DNA from: Parasynechococcus marenigrum WH 8102
GTDB taxonomy: Bacteria > Cyanobacteriota > Cyanobacteriia > PCC-6307 > Cyanobiaceae
Direction: 5' to 3'
Length of the DNA: 32,000 bases
NCBI RefSeq assembly: GCF_000195975.1
Contig: NC_005070.1
Location: 660,001 to 692,000 of the forward strand
Part shown: positions 1 to 9,999 of the stretch, one piece after another
Layout: each line of letters starts with the position of its first letter
How positions within the stretch are numbered: the first letter of the stretch is position 1
Notes under the pieces: generated by a model
Seen by the model: only the letters and a program-made list of their open reading frames with translations
Told to the model about the DNA's origin: nothing
Database searches by the model: none
Position numbers and translations under genes: made by a program

Positions 1-27
1 AGGGTTCGCTCAAGAGGTCGCGGGGAC

Positions 28-1170
28 TCACGCCAGCAACTCCAGGGCCTGCTCCAGATCGGCCTGCAGATCGGCGAGGTCTTCACAGCCCACTGAGAAG
101 CGCACCAGGCCATCGTCAATGCCCAGCTTGGCCTTCACCTCGGCAGAGACAGCGGCGTGGGTCATGGTGGCTGGGTGGCAGATCAGGCTTTCGATGCCGC
201 CCAGACTTTCGGCCATGGTGAACCAGCGCAGTTGTTTGCAGAGGGCATAGGTCTGCTCCTGGCAGGCGTTGAAGCTCACCGTCACGATGGCTCCGCCGGC
301 GCGCATCTGACGGGTCGCCACCTGATGCTGAGGGTGATCGCTGCGGTGGGGGTAACGCACCCAGTTCACCTTGGCGTGATCAGCTAACTGATCGGCCAGG
401 GCCGCTGCATTGGCCATCTGCTGCTTGAGTCGCAATGGCAGGGTCTTGATGCCCCGCGTGATCAACCAGCAATCAAAGGGGGAGGGCTGCAGCCCCAGGG
501 CCTTCTGGGAGAACACCATCTTTTGGTGCCACTCGTGATCGTTGGTGCAGACCGCTCCACCGAGGGCATCGGAGTGGCCGTTGATGTATTTGGTGGTGCT
601 GGTGAGCGAGAGGGTGGCGCCCAGATCGAGGGGGCGCTGCACCAGGGCGGTGGCGAAGGTGTTGTCGACCACCACGGGGATACCCAGGGGTTGGGTGATG
701 GCACAGACCGCCTCCAGGTCGATCACCTTGAGCAAAGGGTTGGTGGGGCTCTCCAGCCACACCATTGCCGGCGTCTGAGCTTGGATCTGCTCCAGTGCGG
801 CTGGCTGGGTGAAGTCCACCCAAGCGGTCTTCAACCCGAACTTGGCGAACACCTGCTCGAACAGCCGCACGGTGCAGCCGTAGAGGTTCTCCTCGCAGAG
901 CACCAGATCACCCTGTTTTAGTTGGGAGACCACAGCGGTGATAGCGCTGACGCCGGAGGCGAACACGGTGGCGTGGGCGCAGCCTTCCACCGAAGCCAGA
1001 ACGCTGTCGAGGATGCGGAAGTTGGGGTTGCCCGAGCGGGTGTAATCAAATCCGCCCGCATTGCCATGGGCAAAGGTGCTGGTGGGGAAGATCGGCGGCA
1101 TCACGGTGCCGGTGTCCCCGGCAAAGCTCTCGCCGTGGTGGATCACCCGGGTGCTAAGGCCTTCGCTCAC
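28..1170 (-). CDS. Cys/Met-metabolism PLP-dependent enzyme (cystathionine gamma-synthase / beta-lyase / O-acylhomoserine sulfhydrylase family)
   Basis: 380-aa ORF with a GTG start at 1170. Family hallmarks include YTRSGNPN, the PLP-lysine motif TKYINGHSD, SLGGIESL and a C-terminal RFSVGCED-type motif. The exact subfamily (metB/metC/metZ) cannot be resolved by eye. Confidence 0.85.
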   Translation of the reverse strand: MSEGLSTRVIHHGESFAGDTGTVMPPIFPTSTFAHGNAGGFDYTRSGNPNFRILDSVLASVEGCAHATVFASGVSAITAVVSQLKQGDLVLCEENLYGCTVRLFEQVFAKFGLKTAWVDFTQPAALEQIQAQTPAMVWLESPTNPLLKVIDLEAVCAITQPLGIPVVVDNTFATALVQRPLDLGATLSLTSTTKYINGHSDALGGAVCTNDHEWHQKMVFSQKALGLQPSPFDCWLITRGIKTLPLRLKQQMANAAALADQLADHAKVNWVRYPHRSDHPQHQVATRQMRAGGAIVTVSFNACQEQTYALCKQLRWFTMAESLGGIESLICHPATMTHAAVSAEVKAKLGIDDGLVRFSVGCEDLADLQADLEQALELLA

Positions 1171-1227
1171 TGCCGCGTCATCGATGAGAACAGGCTAAGA
1201 AACCGCTATCGGCACGATATCGCATGC

Positions 1228-1260
1228 ATTTCGCAATGATTTCGTGAATGTTTCGTGCCA
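1228..1260. repeat. Three tandem direct repeats with exact 11-nt phasing (TTTCG cores at 1229, 1240, 1251), bracketed by the inverted repeat GGCACGA (1211-1217) / TCGTGCC (1253-1259)
   Basis: Read directly from the + strand: ATTTCGCAATG / ATTTCGTGAAT / GTTTCGTGCCA. The repeats lie 58-90 nt upstream of the GTG start of the Cys/Met gene, immediately after the psbC terminator. Confidence 0.6.
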
Positions 1261-1288
1261 AATAAAAACCCCCGCCCGTAGACGAGGG
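1260..1288 (-). terminator. Rho-independent terminator of the psbDC operon
   Basis: The minus strand reads CCCTCGTC-TACG-GGCGGGGG followed by TTTTTATTT. This gives an 8-bp stem (two G.U pairs), a 4-nt loop and a U-tract, starting 31 nt downstream of the psbC stop. Confidence 0.6.
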
Positions 1289-1319
1289 TGAATGATGATC
1301 GTTGGATTGAATCAGTTGA

Positions 1320-2708
1320 TCAGTCGAGGTCGGGCATGCCGAGCACAGGCTCAGCTTTGCGGTCGATGCCTTTCTCAAAGCCAGCAGCAGCTGCGCGGGC
1401 GCGGCCGGCGTGCCAGAGGTGACCAACCAGGAAGAAGAAGGCAAGCACGAACTGCGTTGCACCCAGCCACTGGCGGAGGTTCACGTAGTTCACCGAGTTG
1501 GGCTCGGTGATGATGCCGCCCACGGAGTTGATCGAGGCGTTGGGAGCGTGGGTCATGTACTCAGCCGCACGGCGCACTTGCCAGGGCTGAATGTCGTTCT
1601 GCAGCTTGTCGAGGCTCAGGCCGTTGGGGCCACGCAGGGGCTCCAGCCAAGGACCACGGAAGTCCCAGAAACGCATGGTTTCACCACCGAAGATGATTTC
1701 ACCGGTTGGTGAACGCATCAGGTACTTACCAAGGCCGGTGGGGCCCATGGCGGAACCGATGTTGGCGCCGAGGCGCTGGTCACGCACCAGGAAGGTGAAG
1801 CTCTGAGCCTGGGATGCCTCAGCGTTGGTGGGGCCCCAGAACTCGGAGGGATAGGCGGTGTTGTTGAACCAGATGTAGGCCGAGGCGATGAAGCTCATGA
1901 AGCTCAGAGCGCCGAGGCTGTAGCTCAGGTAGGCCTCACCGTTCCAGATGAAGGCGCGACGCACCCAGCCGAAGGGCTTGGTGATGGCGTGCCAGATGCC
2001 ACCGAAGATCAGGGTCAGACCCAGCCAGATGTGGCCACCGATGATGTCCTCCATGGAGTTCACACCGATGATCCAGCCTTCGCCGCCGAATGGGGCGCGA
2101 GTTAGATAACCGAAGATCACGCCCGGATCGAGAGTCGGGTTGGTGATCATGCGGACGTCACCGCCGCCGGGGGCCCAGGTGTCGTAGACGCCACCGAAGA
2201 ACATGGCCTTGAAGACCAGCAGCAGGCAGCCGACGCCCAGAAGGATCAAGTGATAACCGATGATGTTGGTCATCTGGTTCTTGTCGCGCCAGTCCTGGGA
2301 GAAGAAGGAAGAGTAGTTCTCCAGAATCTCAGGACCGCGCAGAGCATGGTACAGACCGCCCAGGCCGAGAACGGCAGAGCTGATCAGGTGCAGAACACCG
2401 ACCACGAAGAAGGGGAAGAGATCAGTGACCTCACCGCCGGGGCCCACGCCGTAGCCAAGGGTGGCGACGTGGGGCATGCAGATGAAGCCCTGTTCGTACA
2501 TGGGTTTGTCGAAGGTGAAGTGACTCACCTCGAACAGCATCATGGCGCCGGCCCAGAACACCATCAGGCCAGCGTGCGCCACGTGGGCGCCGAGCAGACG
2601 GCCAGACAGGTTGATCAGACGAGCGTTGCCAGACCACCAGGCGTAGCCGGTGGAGTCGAGGTCTTTGCCGCCAGTGGCGCCAAGACCGGGATTAGAGAGC
2701 GTTACCAC
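1320..2708 (-). CDS. psbC: Photosystem II CP43 chlorophyll apoprotein
   Basis: Unmistakable CP43 sequence ([23 protein letters not shown]..., ...[22 protein letters not shown]). The ORF track extends it to 2786. I place the start at the GTG at 2708 (VVTLSNPG...), giving 462 aa and the classical overlap with the psbD 3' end. Confidence 0.95.
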   Translation of the reverse strand: MVTLSNPGLGATGGKDLDSTGYAWWSGNARLINLSGRLLGAHVAHAGLMVFWAGAMMLFEVSHFTFDKPMYEQGFICMPHVATLGYGVGPGGEVTDLFPFFVVGVLHLISSAVLGLGGLYHALRGPEILENYSSFFSQDWRDKNQMTNIIGYHLILLGVGCLLLVFKAMFFGGVYDTWAPGGGDVRMITNPTLDPGVIFGYLTRAPFGGEGWIIGVNSMEDIIGGHIWLGLTLIFGGIWHAITKPFGWVRRAFIWNGEAYLSYSLGALSFMSFIASAYIWFNNTAYPSEFWGPTNAEASQAQSFTFLVRDQRLGANIGSAMGPTGLGKYLMRSPTGEIIFGGETMRFWDFRGPWLEPLRGPNGLSLDKLQNDIQPWQVRRAAEYMTHAPNASINSVGGIITEPNSVNYVNLRQWLGATQFVLAFFFLVGHLWHAGRARAAAAGFEKGIDRKAEPVLGMPDLD

Positions 2709-3747
2709 GGGGCAGAACCTCTTCAGGGAAGACGAAGTTTTCGTGCGGCTGGTCAGCCGGTGCCATCCAGGCACGCAGACCTTCATTCAGAAGGATGTTC
2801 TTGGTGTAGAAGGTCTCGAATTCGGGATCTTCTGCAGCGCGGATTTCCTGCGACACGAAGTCGTAGGCGCGCAGGTTGAGGGCCAAGCCGATGATGCCAA
2901 TGGAGCTGGTCCACAGACCCATCACAGGCACGAACAGCATGAAGAAGTGCAGCCAGCGCTTGTTGGAGAAGGCGATCCCGAAGATCTGACTCCAGAAGCG
3001 GTTGGCGGTGACCATGGAATAGGTCTCTTCTTCCTGAGTGGGCTCAAACGCCTTGAAGGTGTTGGCCTGCTCACCGTCCTCAAACAAGGTGTTTTCCACG
3101 GTGGCGCCGTGAATGGCGCAGAGCAGTGCACCGCCGAGGATGCCGGCGACGCCCATCATGTGGAATGGGTTCAGGGTCCAGTTGTGGAAGCCCTGGAGGA
3201 AGAGGAGGAAGCGGAAGATCGCAGCCACACCGAAGGAGGGCGCGAAGAACCAGCTGCTCTGGCCGAGGGGGTACATCAGGAAGACGCTGACGAACACCGC
3301 GATCGGACCGGAGAAGGCGATGGCGTTGTACGGGCGGATGCCGACCAGACGAGCGATTTCGAACTGACGCAGCATGAAGCCGATCAGTGCGAAGGCGCCG
3401 TGCAGGGCCACGAAGGCCCAGAGGCCGCCGAGCTGGCACCAGCGAACGAAGTCGCCCTGGGCTTCAGGGCCCCAGAGCAGCAGCAGGCTGTGACCCATCG
3501 CATCAGCGGGGGTGGAGACAGCAGCGGTGAGGAAGTTGCAACCTTCCAGGTACGAGGAGGCAATGCCGTGTGTGTACCAAGAGGTGACAAAGGTGGTGCC
3601 TGTGAGCCAGCCACCGATGGCCAGGTAGGCCGTGGGGAAAAGGAGGATGCCGGACCAGCCGACAAAAACGAAGCGGTCGCGCTTGAGCCAGTCATCGAGG
3701 ATGTCGAACCATCCCCGCTGAGGCGCGCGTCCTACAGCGATCGTCAT
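2692..3747 (-). CDS. psbD: Photosystem II D2 reaction-centre protein
   Basis: Canonical D2 N-terminus [33 protein letters not shown], 351 aa, ATG at 3747. The 19-codon ORF-track extension to a TTG at 3804 is rejected. Confidence 0.97.
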   Translation of the reverse strand: MTIAVGRAPQRGWFDILDDWLKRDRFVFVGWSGILLFPTAYLAIGGWLTGTTFVTSWYTHGIASSYLEGCNFLTAAVSTPADAMGHSLLLLWGPEAQGDFVRWCQLGGLWAFVALHGAFALIGFMLRQFEIARLVGIRPYNAIAFSGPIAVFVSVFLMYPLGQSSWFFAPSFGVAAIFRFLLFLQGFHNWTLNPFHMMGVAGILGGALLCAIHGATVENTLFEDGEQANTFKAFEPTQEEETYSMVTANRFWSQIFGIAFSNKRWLHFFMLFVPVMGLWTSSIGIIGLALNLRAYDFVSQEIRAAEDPEFETFYTKNILLNEGLRAWMAPADQPHENFVFPEEVLPRGNAL

Positions 3748-3801
3748 GAGTGGAGAACGGTGCGGAAAACCGCAGGCTGTGGGATACGTCAGCGACCTTA
3801 A

Positions 3802-4473
<672 letters not shown>

Positions 4474-4477
4474 ACCC

Positions 4478-5149
4478 ATGCGTCGTTTCGTTCTCTGGTC
4501 CCTGCTGTTGCTCTTGCCCCTGATGGTGAGCTGCAGCCCCTCCCCCCGCGCTGAGGTGGCTCGCGGTTGTGCAGATGCGGAAGCCGCCTGCCTGCAAGGG
4601 AAGGCCACCGTGTTCATGAGCACCAGTCGTGGTGACATCACCATCGAAGTGGATGGCGATGCCGCACCTCTGACGGCTGGCAACTTTGTTGATTTAGTGC
4701 GTCGCGGCACCTACGATGGCACGATGTTTCACCGTGTGGTTCGCGAGCCTGTTCCCTTCGTGGTTCAGGGCGGTGACCCGCAGTCGAGCGATCGTTCCGT
4801 TCCCCTCAGCCAGCTGGGAACCGGCAGCTTTGTAGATCCCGCCAACGGTGTGGCCCGAATGATTCCGCTTGAGCTGAGCTTCGACGGTGAGGACGCACCG
4901 CGCTATAGCCGCGTCAGCAGCAACCCCAGCGAACTCCAGGATCTGGTGTTGACCCATGAGCGTGGAGCCGTGGCCATGGCCCGCTCCCAGGCGCCTGATT
5001 CCGCCAGTGCGCAGTTCTATATCGCCCTGCGTCCCCTGCCTGAGCTGGATGGTCGTTATGCCGTCTTCGGTCGGGTGGTGAAAGGGCTGGACTTGGTGGA
5101 CACGATCGAACAAGGGGATCGCATCCAAACCGCCCGTCTGAGCGACTGA
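4478..5149 (+). CDS. Cyclophilin-type peptidyl-prolyl cis-trans isomerase, probable lipoprotein (periplasm/lumen)
   Basis: The ATG at 4478 lies 4 nt after the ycf4 stop. The signal peptide MRRFVLWSLLLLLPLMVSC has a lipobox-like VSC. The cyclophilin core is present: GNFVDLVRRGTYDGTMFHRVV...VQGGDP...SASAQFYI...LDGRYAVFGRVVKGLD. Confidence 0.85.
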   Translation: MRRFVLWSLLLLLPLMVSCSPSPRAEVARGCADAEAACLQGKATVFMSTSRGDITIEVDGDAAPLTAGNFVDLVRRGTYDGTMFHRVVREPVPFVVQGGDPQSSDRSVPLSQLGTGSFVDPANGVARMIPLELSFDGEDAPRYSRVSSNPSELQDLVLTHERGAVAMARSQAPDSASAQFYIALRPLPELDGRYAVFGRVVKGLDLVDTIEQGDRIQTARLSD

Positions 5150-5151
5150 GC

Positions 5152-5682
5152 TCAGGCCGGAACTCTGTTTTCACTGGGGGATACCTTAAGCAGCTCGGTG
5201 TTCACGCCGGACGCCCGTTCCAGCGCCACCTTGCCGGTGCGGGCGATTTCAAGAATGCCAAACGGCGCCATCAGCCGTTCCAGGGCCACCAGCTTCCCAG
5301 GGTCCCCCACCACTTCCAGGGTCAGGGCTTCATCGGCCACATCCACCACCTTGGCCCTGAACACCTGCACAAGGTCAAACACCGCACTGCGGGTTTCTGC
5401 GGGGGCTGAGACCTTCAGCAGCATCAGTTCCCGCTCAACGGCGGGTCGCTGGGTCAGGTCGAGCACTTGAAGCACGTTCACCAACTTGTCCAGCTGTTTG
5501 GTCATCTGCTGGAGGGTCTGGTCATCCCCCTCCACCACCATCGTGAGACGTGACTGGCGGTCGGCCTCTGCAGGCCCTACAGCCAGGCTGTCGATGTTGA
5601 AGCCGCGGCGGGCGAACAGTCCGGCGATCCGACTGAGGGCGCCGGATTCGTCCTCCACCAGCACCGAAAGGGTGTGTTTCAT
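5152..5682 (-). CDS. ilvH: Acetolactate synthase small (regulatory) subunit
   Basis: ACT-domain N-terminus [39 protein letters not shown], 176 aa, ATG at 5682. The ORF-track extension to 5796 is rejected. Confidence 0.9.
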   Translation of the reverse strand: MKHTLSVLVEDESGALSRIAGLFARRGFNIDSLAVGPAEADRQSRLTMVVEGDDQTLQQMTKQLDKLVNVLQVLDLTQRPAVERELMLLKVSAPAETRSAVFDLVQVFRAKVVDVADEALTLEVVGDPGKLVALERLMAPFGILEIARTGKVALERASGVNTELLKVSPSENRVPA

Positions 5683-5707
5683 CGCTGCTGGTCGTTCCCG
5701 GCCTGTC

Positions 5708-6619
5708 TCACACTCCCAAGTTACGGTCCAGCCAGGGCAGGACCAAGGCAACGAACTGATCCGGCCGTTCGTCATGGGGACAGTGGCCGCAGGCATCGAT
5801 CACCTGCAGTTCGGTATGAGGCCGGCAGGCGTGGATCTGTCGGGTCACGCTCAGGGGCACAAACCGATCCTGCTGTCCCCAGATCAACAGCAGTGGACAG
5901 TGCAGCTGTTTCAGCAGGCCGGGGGCGGTTGCCCCTCGTGGTCGCAGGGCCATGCCCAGGCTCATCGCCCGCAGGGCTCGAGCGGCCGTGGGACGTCGCG
6001 CCGGTCGGGCAATCAGCTGCAGCAGCTCCTGGTCTGATGCGATCGATTGGTGATAAGCACCCTGGAGTCCTGATCTGATCAGGCCTGTGCGGGCGATCAG
6101 GGGCACCAGCAGCTCCAGGGGCAGCAGCCTAAGAACCACTCTCAACAGACGCCGCCGCCAGCGGCGTTGCCAGGGTGGTCGCCGTGGCGGGATCGGTTGG
6201 ATTAGAGCCGGGTCTGGCAGCGGTGCGGCAACCACTGCGCGAATCTGCTCCGGCTTCAGCACAGCGGCCGTCAGAGCCGTGAGGGCCCCCAGGGAATTGC
6301 CTAGCAGGACTGCAGGGCGCTGCACCACCTGCTCAACAAAGGCGTTCACCTGCTGTCCCCAGACGCGATTGTCCAGGGGAATCGCTGGCTGGTCCGAGGC
6401 CCCGAAGCCCAGCAGGTCGAGGCTGAACACGCGCCAGCCCTGGCTGGCAAGGCGCGGAGCGGTGTGGCGCCAGTGGCCGCTGGCAGCTCCGAAACCATGA
6501 AGCAGGACGATGGCCGGATCGTTGTCTTGGCCAAGGACCCTCCAGTGGCAGGACCAGCCCCGCCATCGCCAGATGGCCTGGTCACCCCAGTCGGCAGTCT
6601 GGTGAGCAGTGGCGGTCAA
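5708..6619 (-). CDS. Alpha/beta-fold hydrolase
   Basis: Oxyanion-hole region [15 protein letters not shown], nucleophile elbow GNSLGA, C-terminal catalytic His context CGHCPHDE. The only in-frame start upstream of the conserved core is the TTG at 6619. An Arg-rich insert ([17 protein letters not shown]) is present. Confidence 0.75.
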   Translation of the reverse strand: MTATAHQTADWGDQAIWRWRGWSCHWRVLGQDNDPAIVLLHGFGAASGHWRHTAPRLASQGWRVFSLDLLGFGASDQPAIPLDNRVWGQQVNAFVEQVVQRPAVLLGNSLGALTALTAAVLKPEQIRAVVAAPLPDPALIQPIPPRRPPWQRRWRRRLLRVVLRLLPLELLVPLIARTGLIRSGLQGAYHQSIASDQELLQLIARPARRPTAARALRAMSLGMALRPRGATAPGLLKQLHCPLLLIWGQQDRFVPLSVTRQIHACRPHTELQVIDACGHCPHDERPDQFVALVLPWLDRNLGV

Positions 6620-7784
6620 AGCTCTGGTCGATCCGGGTCCTCACTATCGCGAGGGGGCGGCTGAGCTGCTGCTGGGGGATGGCTTCTTCCGCCGCGACTC
6701 CCGGCTGGCCAGGGATTGTTCTGTGCTGCTGGCCTGGCATCAGGCCAGCACAACAACCTGTAAGTACCCCCTCCAGTGGCTGGATCTGATGGCGGGCTGC
6801 GGCATACGGGGGCTGCGTTGGGGACTGGAGGCAGCTGGGGCTCAATCGATGCCACCGGAGATCGTTGTGAACGATGCCGATGGCGATCGATGGCCCCTGC
6901 TGGAGCACAACCTCAAGCCATTGGCAGGGGCCACCTGCAGCAGTATTCCCGCCGAGACGTTGCTGTGTCAGGCCCAGCTCGAGGGGCGACGGTTTGACCT
7001 GATTGATCTGGATGCCTTCGGACATCCCGGTGCTCTGATCCAGCCAGCCCTGCAGGTCCTCGCCCCGGACGGAATTCTTGTGCTGGCAAGCACCGATGGT
7101 CGTTCTCCTACCGGCCATGACCGCCCCGGCGCGATCCGCAGCTTCGGAGCAGCGGCTCGGGCCCATCCCGCCAGCTGGGAGCTAGCCCTGCGTCAACAGC
7201 TGGGGTTGCTGGCACGACAGGCCTGGTTGCTCGGCCGCGGACTCCAGCCGTTGATGAGCTTCAGCGATGGCCGCACCTTCCGTCTGGCGGTTCGCCTGAA
7301 ACGCCTTTTGCAACCAGACGAGGAAGCGACGCTGGGCTTGCTGGCCCGCTGCGGGACCTGTGGTGCCCAGCAAAGCCAGCCGCTGTTGCGTCTGCGTAAC
7401 TGGTCGGTCTGTCACTGCCCACCGGAGCAGGGGCGCTGGGCCATCAGCGGGCCGCTCTGGCTGGGTCCGTTGCAGCAGGTCGACCTGCTCGAGGAGCTGA
7501 TGGCCAGTCCCGTGCCGGTGGCCTCAGCCACGCGGCGGTTGTTGCAGCGGCTCCAGGCCGACCCGGGAGGTTTGGGCCATGTTTGGGCCACCGCCGAGCT
7601 GGCACGGCGCTGTGGATCCGGCCCGCCACCACTGCAGCAACTGGTGGATGCCCTATGCACCCAGGGATATCAGGCCTGGCCCAGTGGGGTGATGGCTGGT
7701 CAGGTGCGCACCGATGCCGATCTTCCCGAGCTGTTACAGATCTGCTCCAACCTTCGTGGGGAAGGGCCTTTAATAGGTCCTTGA
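6609..7784 (+). CDS. trm1: Trm1-like tRNA (guanine-N2)-dimethyltransferase
   Basis: Trm1 family motifs: [11 protein letters not shown] (FYN..RD-like), SAM site [29 protein letters not shown] (DLDPFGS motif), ASTDG. A Cys cluster CGTCG...CHC lies at 7350-7418. The start is a GTG at 6609. Confidence 0.75.
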   Translation: MAVKALVDPGPHYREGAAELLLGDGFFRRDSRLARDCSVLLAWHQASTTTCKYPLQWLDLMAGCGIRGLRWGLEAAGAQSMPPEIVVNDADGDRWPLLEHNLKPLAGATCSSIPAETLLCQAQLEGRRFDLIDLDAFGHPGALIQPALQVLAPDGILVLASTDGRSPTGHDRPGAIRSFGAAARAHPASWELALRQQLGLLARQAWLLGRGLQPLMSFSDGRTFRLAVRLKRLLQPDEEATLGLLARCGTCGAQQSQPLLRLRNWSVCHCPPEQGRWAISGPLWLGPLQQVDLLEELMASPVPVASATRRLLQRLQADPGGLGHVWATAELARRCGSGPPPLQQLVDALCTQGYQAWPSGVMAGQVRTDADLPELLQICSNLRGEGPLIGP

Positions 7785-7800
7785 GCAACCACACAACAGC

Positions 7801-7899
7801 ATGGCTTCGGAGATTTTCGGCACGGCCGCCATTTTCTGGGTGCTGATCCCCGTGGGTCTGGCGGGTGGCGCACTGTTGTTGAAGCTGCAGGGGGACTGA
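7801..7899 (+). CDS. petM: Cytochrome b6f complex subunit 7 (PetM)
   Basis: A 32-aa ORF missing from the ORF track: [32 protein letters not shown]. It has a single TM helix ending in the PetM-typical KLQG motif. Confidence 0.75.
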   Translation: MASEIFGTAAIFWVLIPVGLAGGALLLKLQGD

Positions 7900-7953
7900 T
7901 CCCCCTTTGTCACCCGAGCCACCTAGGCTCCACGATTTCTAAGCGAGGGCCCC

Positions 7954-8916
7954 ATGCAGGTTCTGGTGTTGGGTGGCACGGGCACCCTTGGACGACAGAT
8001 TGCCCGCCGTGCCCTTGATGCTGGACACGATGTCCGCTGCATGGTCCGCACCCCAAGAAAGGCGTCGTTTTTGCAGGAATGGGGTTGCGAGCTCACACGT
8101 GGTGACCTGCTGGAGCCAGACAGCCTCGATTACGCCCTGGATGGTGTGGACGCGGTGATCGATGCGTCCACCAGTCGTCCCACCGATCCCCACAGCGTCT
8201 ACGAGACGGACTGGGACGGAAAGCTCAATCTGCTGCGGGCCTGCGAGCGCGCTGAGGTCAAACGGTTTGTCTTTGTGTCGCTGCTCGGAGCTCACGGACA
8301 TCGCTCGGTGCCGTTGATGGACATCAAGGCCTGCACCGAGAACCTGTTGGAGTCGTCTGATTTCGACTACACGATTCTGCAGGGTGCTGCCTTCATGCAG
8401 GGGGTGATCAGTCAGTTCGCGATCCCAGTGCTGGAGAGTCAGACGGTGTGGGTGAGCGGCAGCCCCACGGCAATTGCGTACATGAACTCCCAGGACATGG
8501 CCCGGTTCGCCGTTGCGGCCCTCGAGCGCCAGGAGACCATTCGCGGCACCTATCCGGTCGTGGGTTTGAAGGCATGGAACACCGGCGAGTTGGTGCAGCT
8601 GTGTGAGCGCTGCAGCGGCAAAACGGCCCGCGTGTTCCGGGTTCAGCCGGTGTTGATCAAGCTGATGCAGGGCATTGCATCGTTCTTTGAACCGGCCGTG
8701 AATGTGGCTGAGCGTCTTGCCTTCGCGGAGGTGACGGGCGGCGGCCAGGCGTTGGATGCACAGATGGAGAACAGCTACGCCGCCTTCGGTCTGGAGCCCT
8801 CAGAGACCACCGAGATGGAGAGTTACATCAGCGAGTACTACGACACGATTCTCAAGCGACTTCGCGAGATGGAGGCTGATCTGGACAAGGACGCCAGGAA
8901 AAAGCTGCCGTTCTGA
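7954..8916 (+). CDS. ycf39: Ycf39-like atypical short-chain dehydrogenase/NmrA-family protein (PSII assembly factor family)
   Basis: N-terminal Rossmann motif VLVLGGTGTLGRQIARRAL, followed by ...VRCMVR...FLQEWG.ELTRGDL. The 320-aa length is typical of ycf39/HCF244 homologues. Confidence 0.8.
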   Translation: MQVLVLGGTGTLGRQIARRALDAGHDVRCMVRTPRKASFLQEWGCELTRGDLLEPDSLDYALDGVDAVIDASTSRPTDPHSVYETDWDGKLNLLRACERAEVKRFVFVSLLGAHGHRSVPLMDIKACTENLLESSDFDYTILQGAAFMQGVISQFAIPVLESQTVWVSGSPTAIAYMNSQDMARFAVAALERQETIRGTYPVVGLKAWNTGELVQLCERCSGKTARVFRVQPVLIKLMQGIASFFEPAVNVAERLAFAEVTGGGQALDAQMENSYAAFGLEPSETTEMESYISEYYDTILKRLREMEADLDKDARKKLPF

Positions 8917-8971
8917 GCAACCTTGCTCTATGTTAGTTCTTTTGTACTGATAAGGGGTCCGGGCTGGTTCG

Positions 8972-9187
8972 ATGGCAGTTGCTCAGTTGAAGAATTTGAA
9001 GCGCCGGCTGCAGTTGCTTTCCGATGAAGCGGAGCAGGGGTTAACTCGCTCTTGTGGTCATGAGTTGTGGAAGAGCGTTGGCCCCGATGCGATCGATGGG
9101 CTGGAGGACCCCGCCCGTCGCGCGGAGGCCAACTACTGGTATGGCCAGTGGAACGTTGTGCGGGAGCTTCAGGAGGCCTTCGGCTGA
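8972..9187 (+). CDS. Hypothetical 71-aa protein
   Basis: ATG ORF with third-position GC bias like its neighbours. Its TGA (9185-9187) shares one base with the ATG (9187-9189) of the next gene. No recognisable domain. Confidence 0.5.
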   Translation: MAVAQLKNLKRRLQLLSDEAEQGLTRSCGHELWKSVGPDAIDGLEDPARRAEANYWYGQWNVVRELQEAFG

Positions 9188-9999
9188 TGGCGGAGTCCTG
9201 CTGCCCGTCCCCAGAACCACTGGATCAGTCCGACGCCGTGGATGCCCGGTACGGCGCCGCTGCCCTTGAGCGTGAGGCCTGCCTGTGCACGCCGGTGGGT
9301 TTTGACCCAGCACTGCTTCAGGTGATTCCGGATGCGGTGGTGGAACGTGACTACGGCTGCGGCGATCCCACCCGCTGGGTCCGTCCGGGTGATCGGGTGC
9401 TGGATCTTGGAAGTGGCAGCGGCAAAAATGCCTTCATCTGCTCCCAGGTCGTCGGAGCTGATGGGGCTGTGCTGGGGGTGGACCGCAATCCCGACATGTT
9501 GACCCTTTCCCGTCAGGCGGCACCGGTGGTGGCCGAGGCCATCGGTTATGGCAATGTCCGTTTCGTCGAAGGCGCCATTGAGGCGCTGGACGAGCAGGGC
9601 GACGGTGCTGAACCGCTGGTGCCGGACGCCAGCATCGACGTGGTTCTCAGCAACTGCGTCCTCAATCTGGTGAATCCCTCGTCCCGCCAGCGGCTCCTGG
9701 CCAACATCCGGCGTGTGCTGGCCCCGGGCGGTCGCGTGGCGATCAGCGACATCGTCTGCGATCAACCGGTGCCGATGCATCTCCAGCAAGACCCAGAGTT
9801 GTGGAGCGGCTGCATCAGCGGCGCCTGGCAGGAAGACGACTTTCTGAAGGACTTCCGTGCGCTCGGTCTGGAGCAGGTGACGTTCGCCGATCGCAGTGAG
9901 CAGCCCTGGCGAACGCTGGAGGGCATTGAATTCCGAGCGGTCACCCTCGTCGGTCAGCTCCCCGGCCAGCACTCCGTGGTCGGGGCACCCTGCTGCTGA
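9187..9999 (+). CDS. SAM-dependent methyltransferase, ArsM-like (arsenite methyltransferase family)
   Basis: Motif I VLDLGSGSGKNAF, the ArsM-type DVVLSNCVLNLV, conserved Cys contexts (CLCTP, DYGCGDP, CISGA), and terminal CC pairs (MAESCC..., ...GAPCC). I place the start at the ATG at 9187, not the ORF-track 9067. Confidence 0.8.
   Translation: MAESCCPSPEPLDQSDAVDARYGAAALEREACLCTPVGFDPALLQVIPDAVVERDYGCGDPTRWVRPGDRVLDLGSGSGKNAFICSQVVGADGAVLGVDRNPDMLTLSRQAAPVVAEAIGYGNVRFVEGAIEALDEQGDGAEPLVPDASIDVVLSNCVLNLVNPSSRQRLLANIRRVLAPGGRVAISDIVCDQPVPMHLQQDPELWSGCISGAWQEDDFLKDFRALGLEQVTFADRSEQPWRTLEGIEFRAVTLVGQLPGQHSVVGAPCC

Noticed and set aside
2650-3801. 383-aa ORF antisense to psbD. Similar long antisense or alternate-frame ORFs occur at 523..921, 6582..7166, 9169..9972, 16365..17333, 17562..18188, 18059..18937 and 25644..26348.
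   Set aside because: Each lies opposite, or out of frame with, a gene carrying unmistakable family motifs. Their translations are low-complexity and Arg/Gly/Pro/Ala-rich, as expected from stop-codon depletion in high-GC DNA.
5143-5158. Palindrome CTGAGCTCAG spanning the convergent stops of the cyclophilin and ilvH genes. A similar TCTGAACTCAGA occurs at 14612..14623.
   Set aside because: Any two convergent TGA stops 2 nt apart create TGA-NN-TCA symmetry. The element is too short to argue for a dedicated function.
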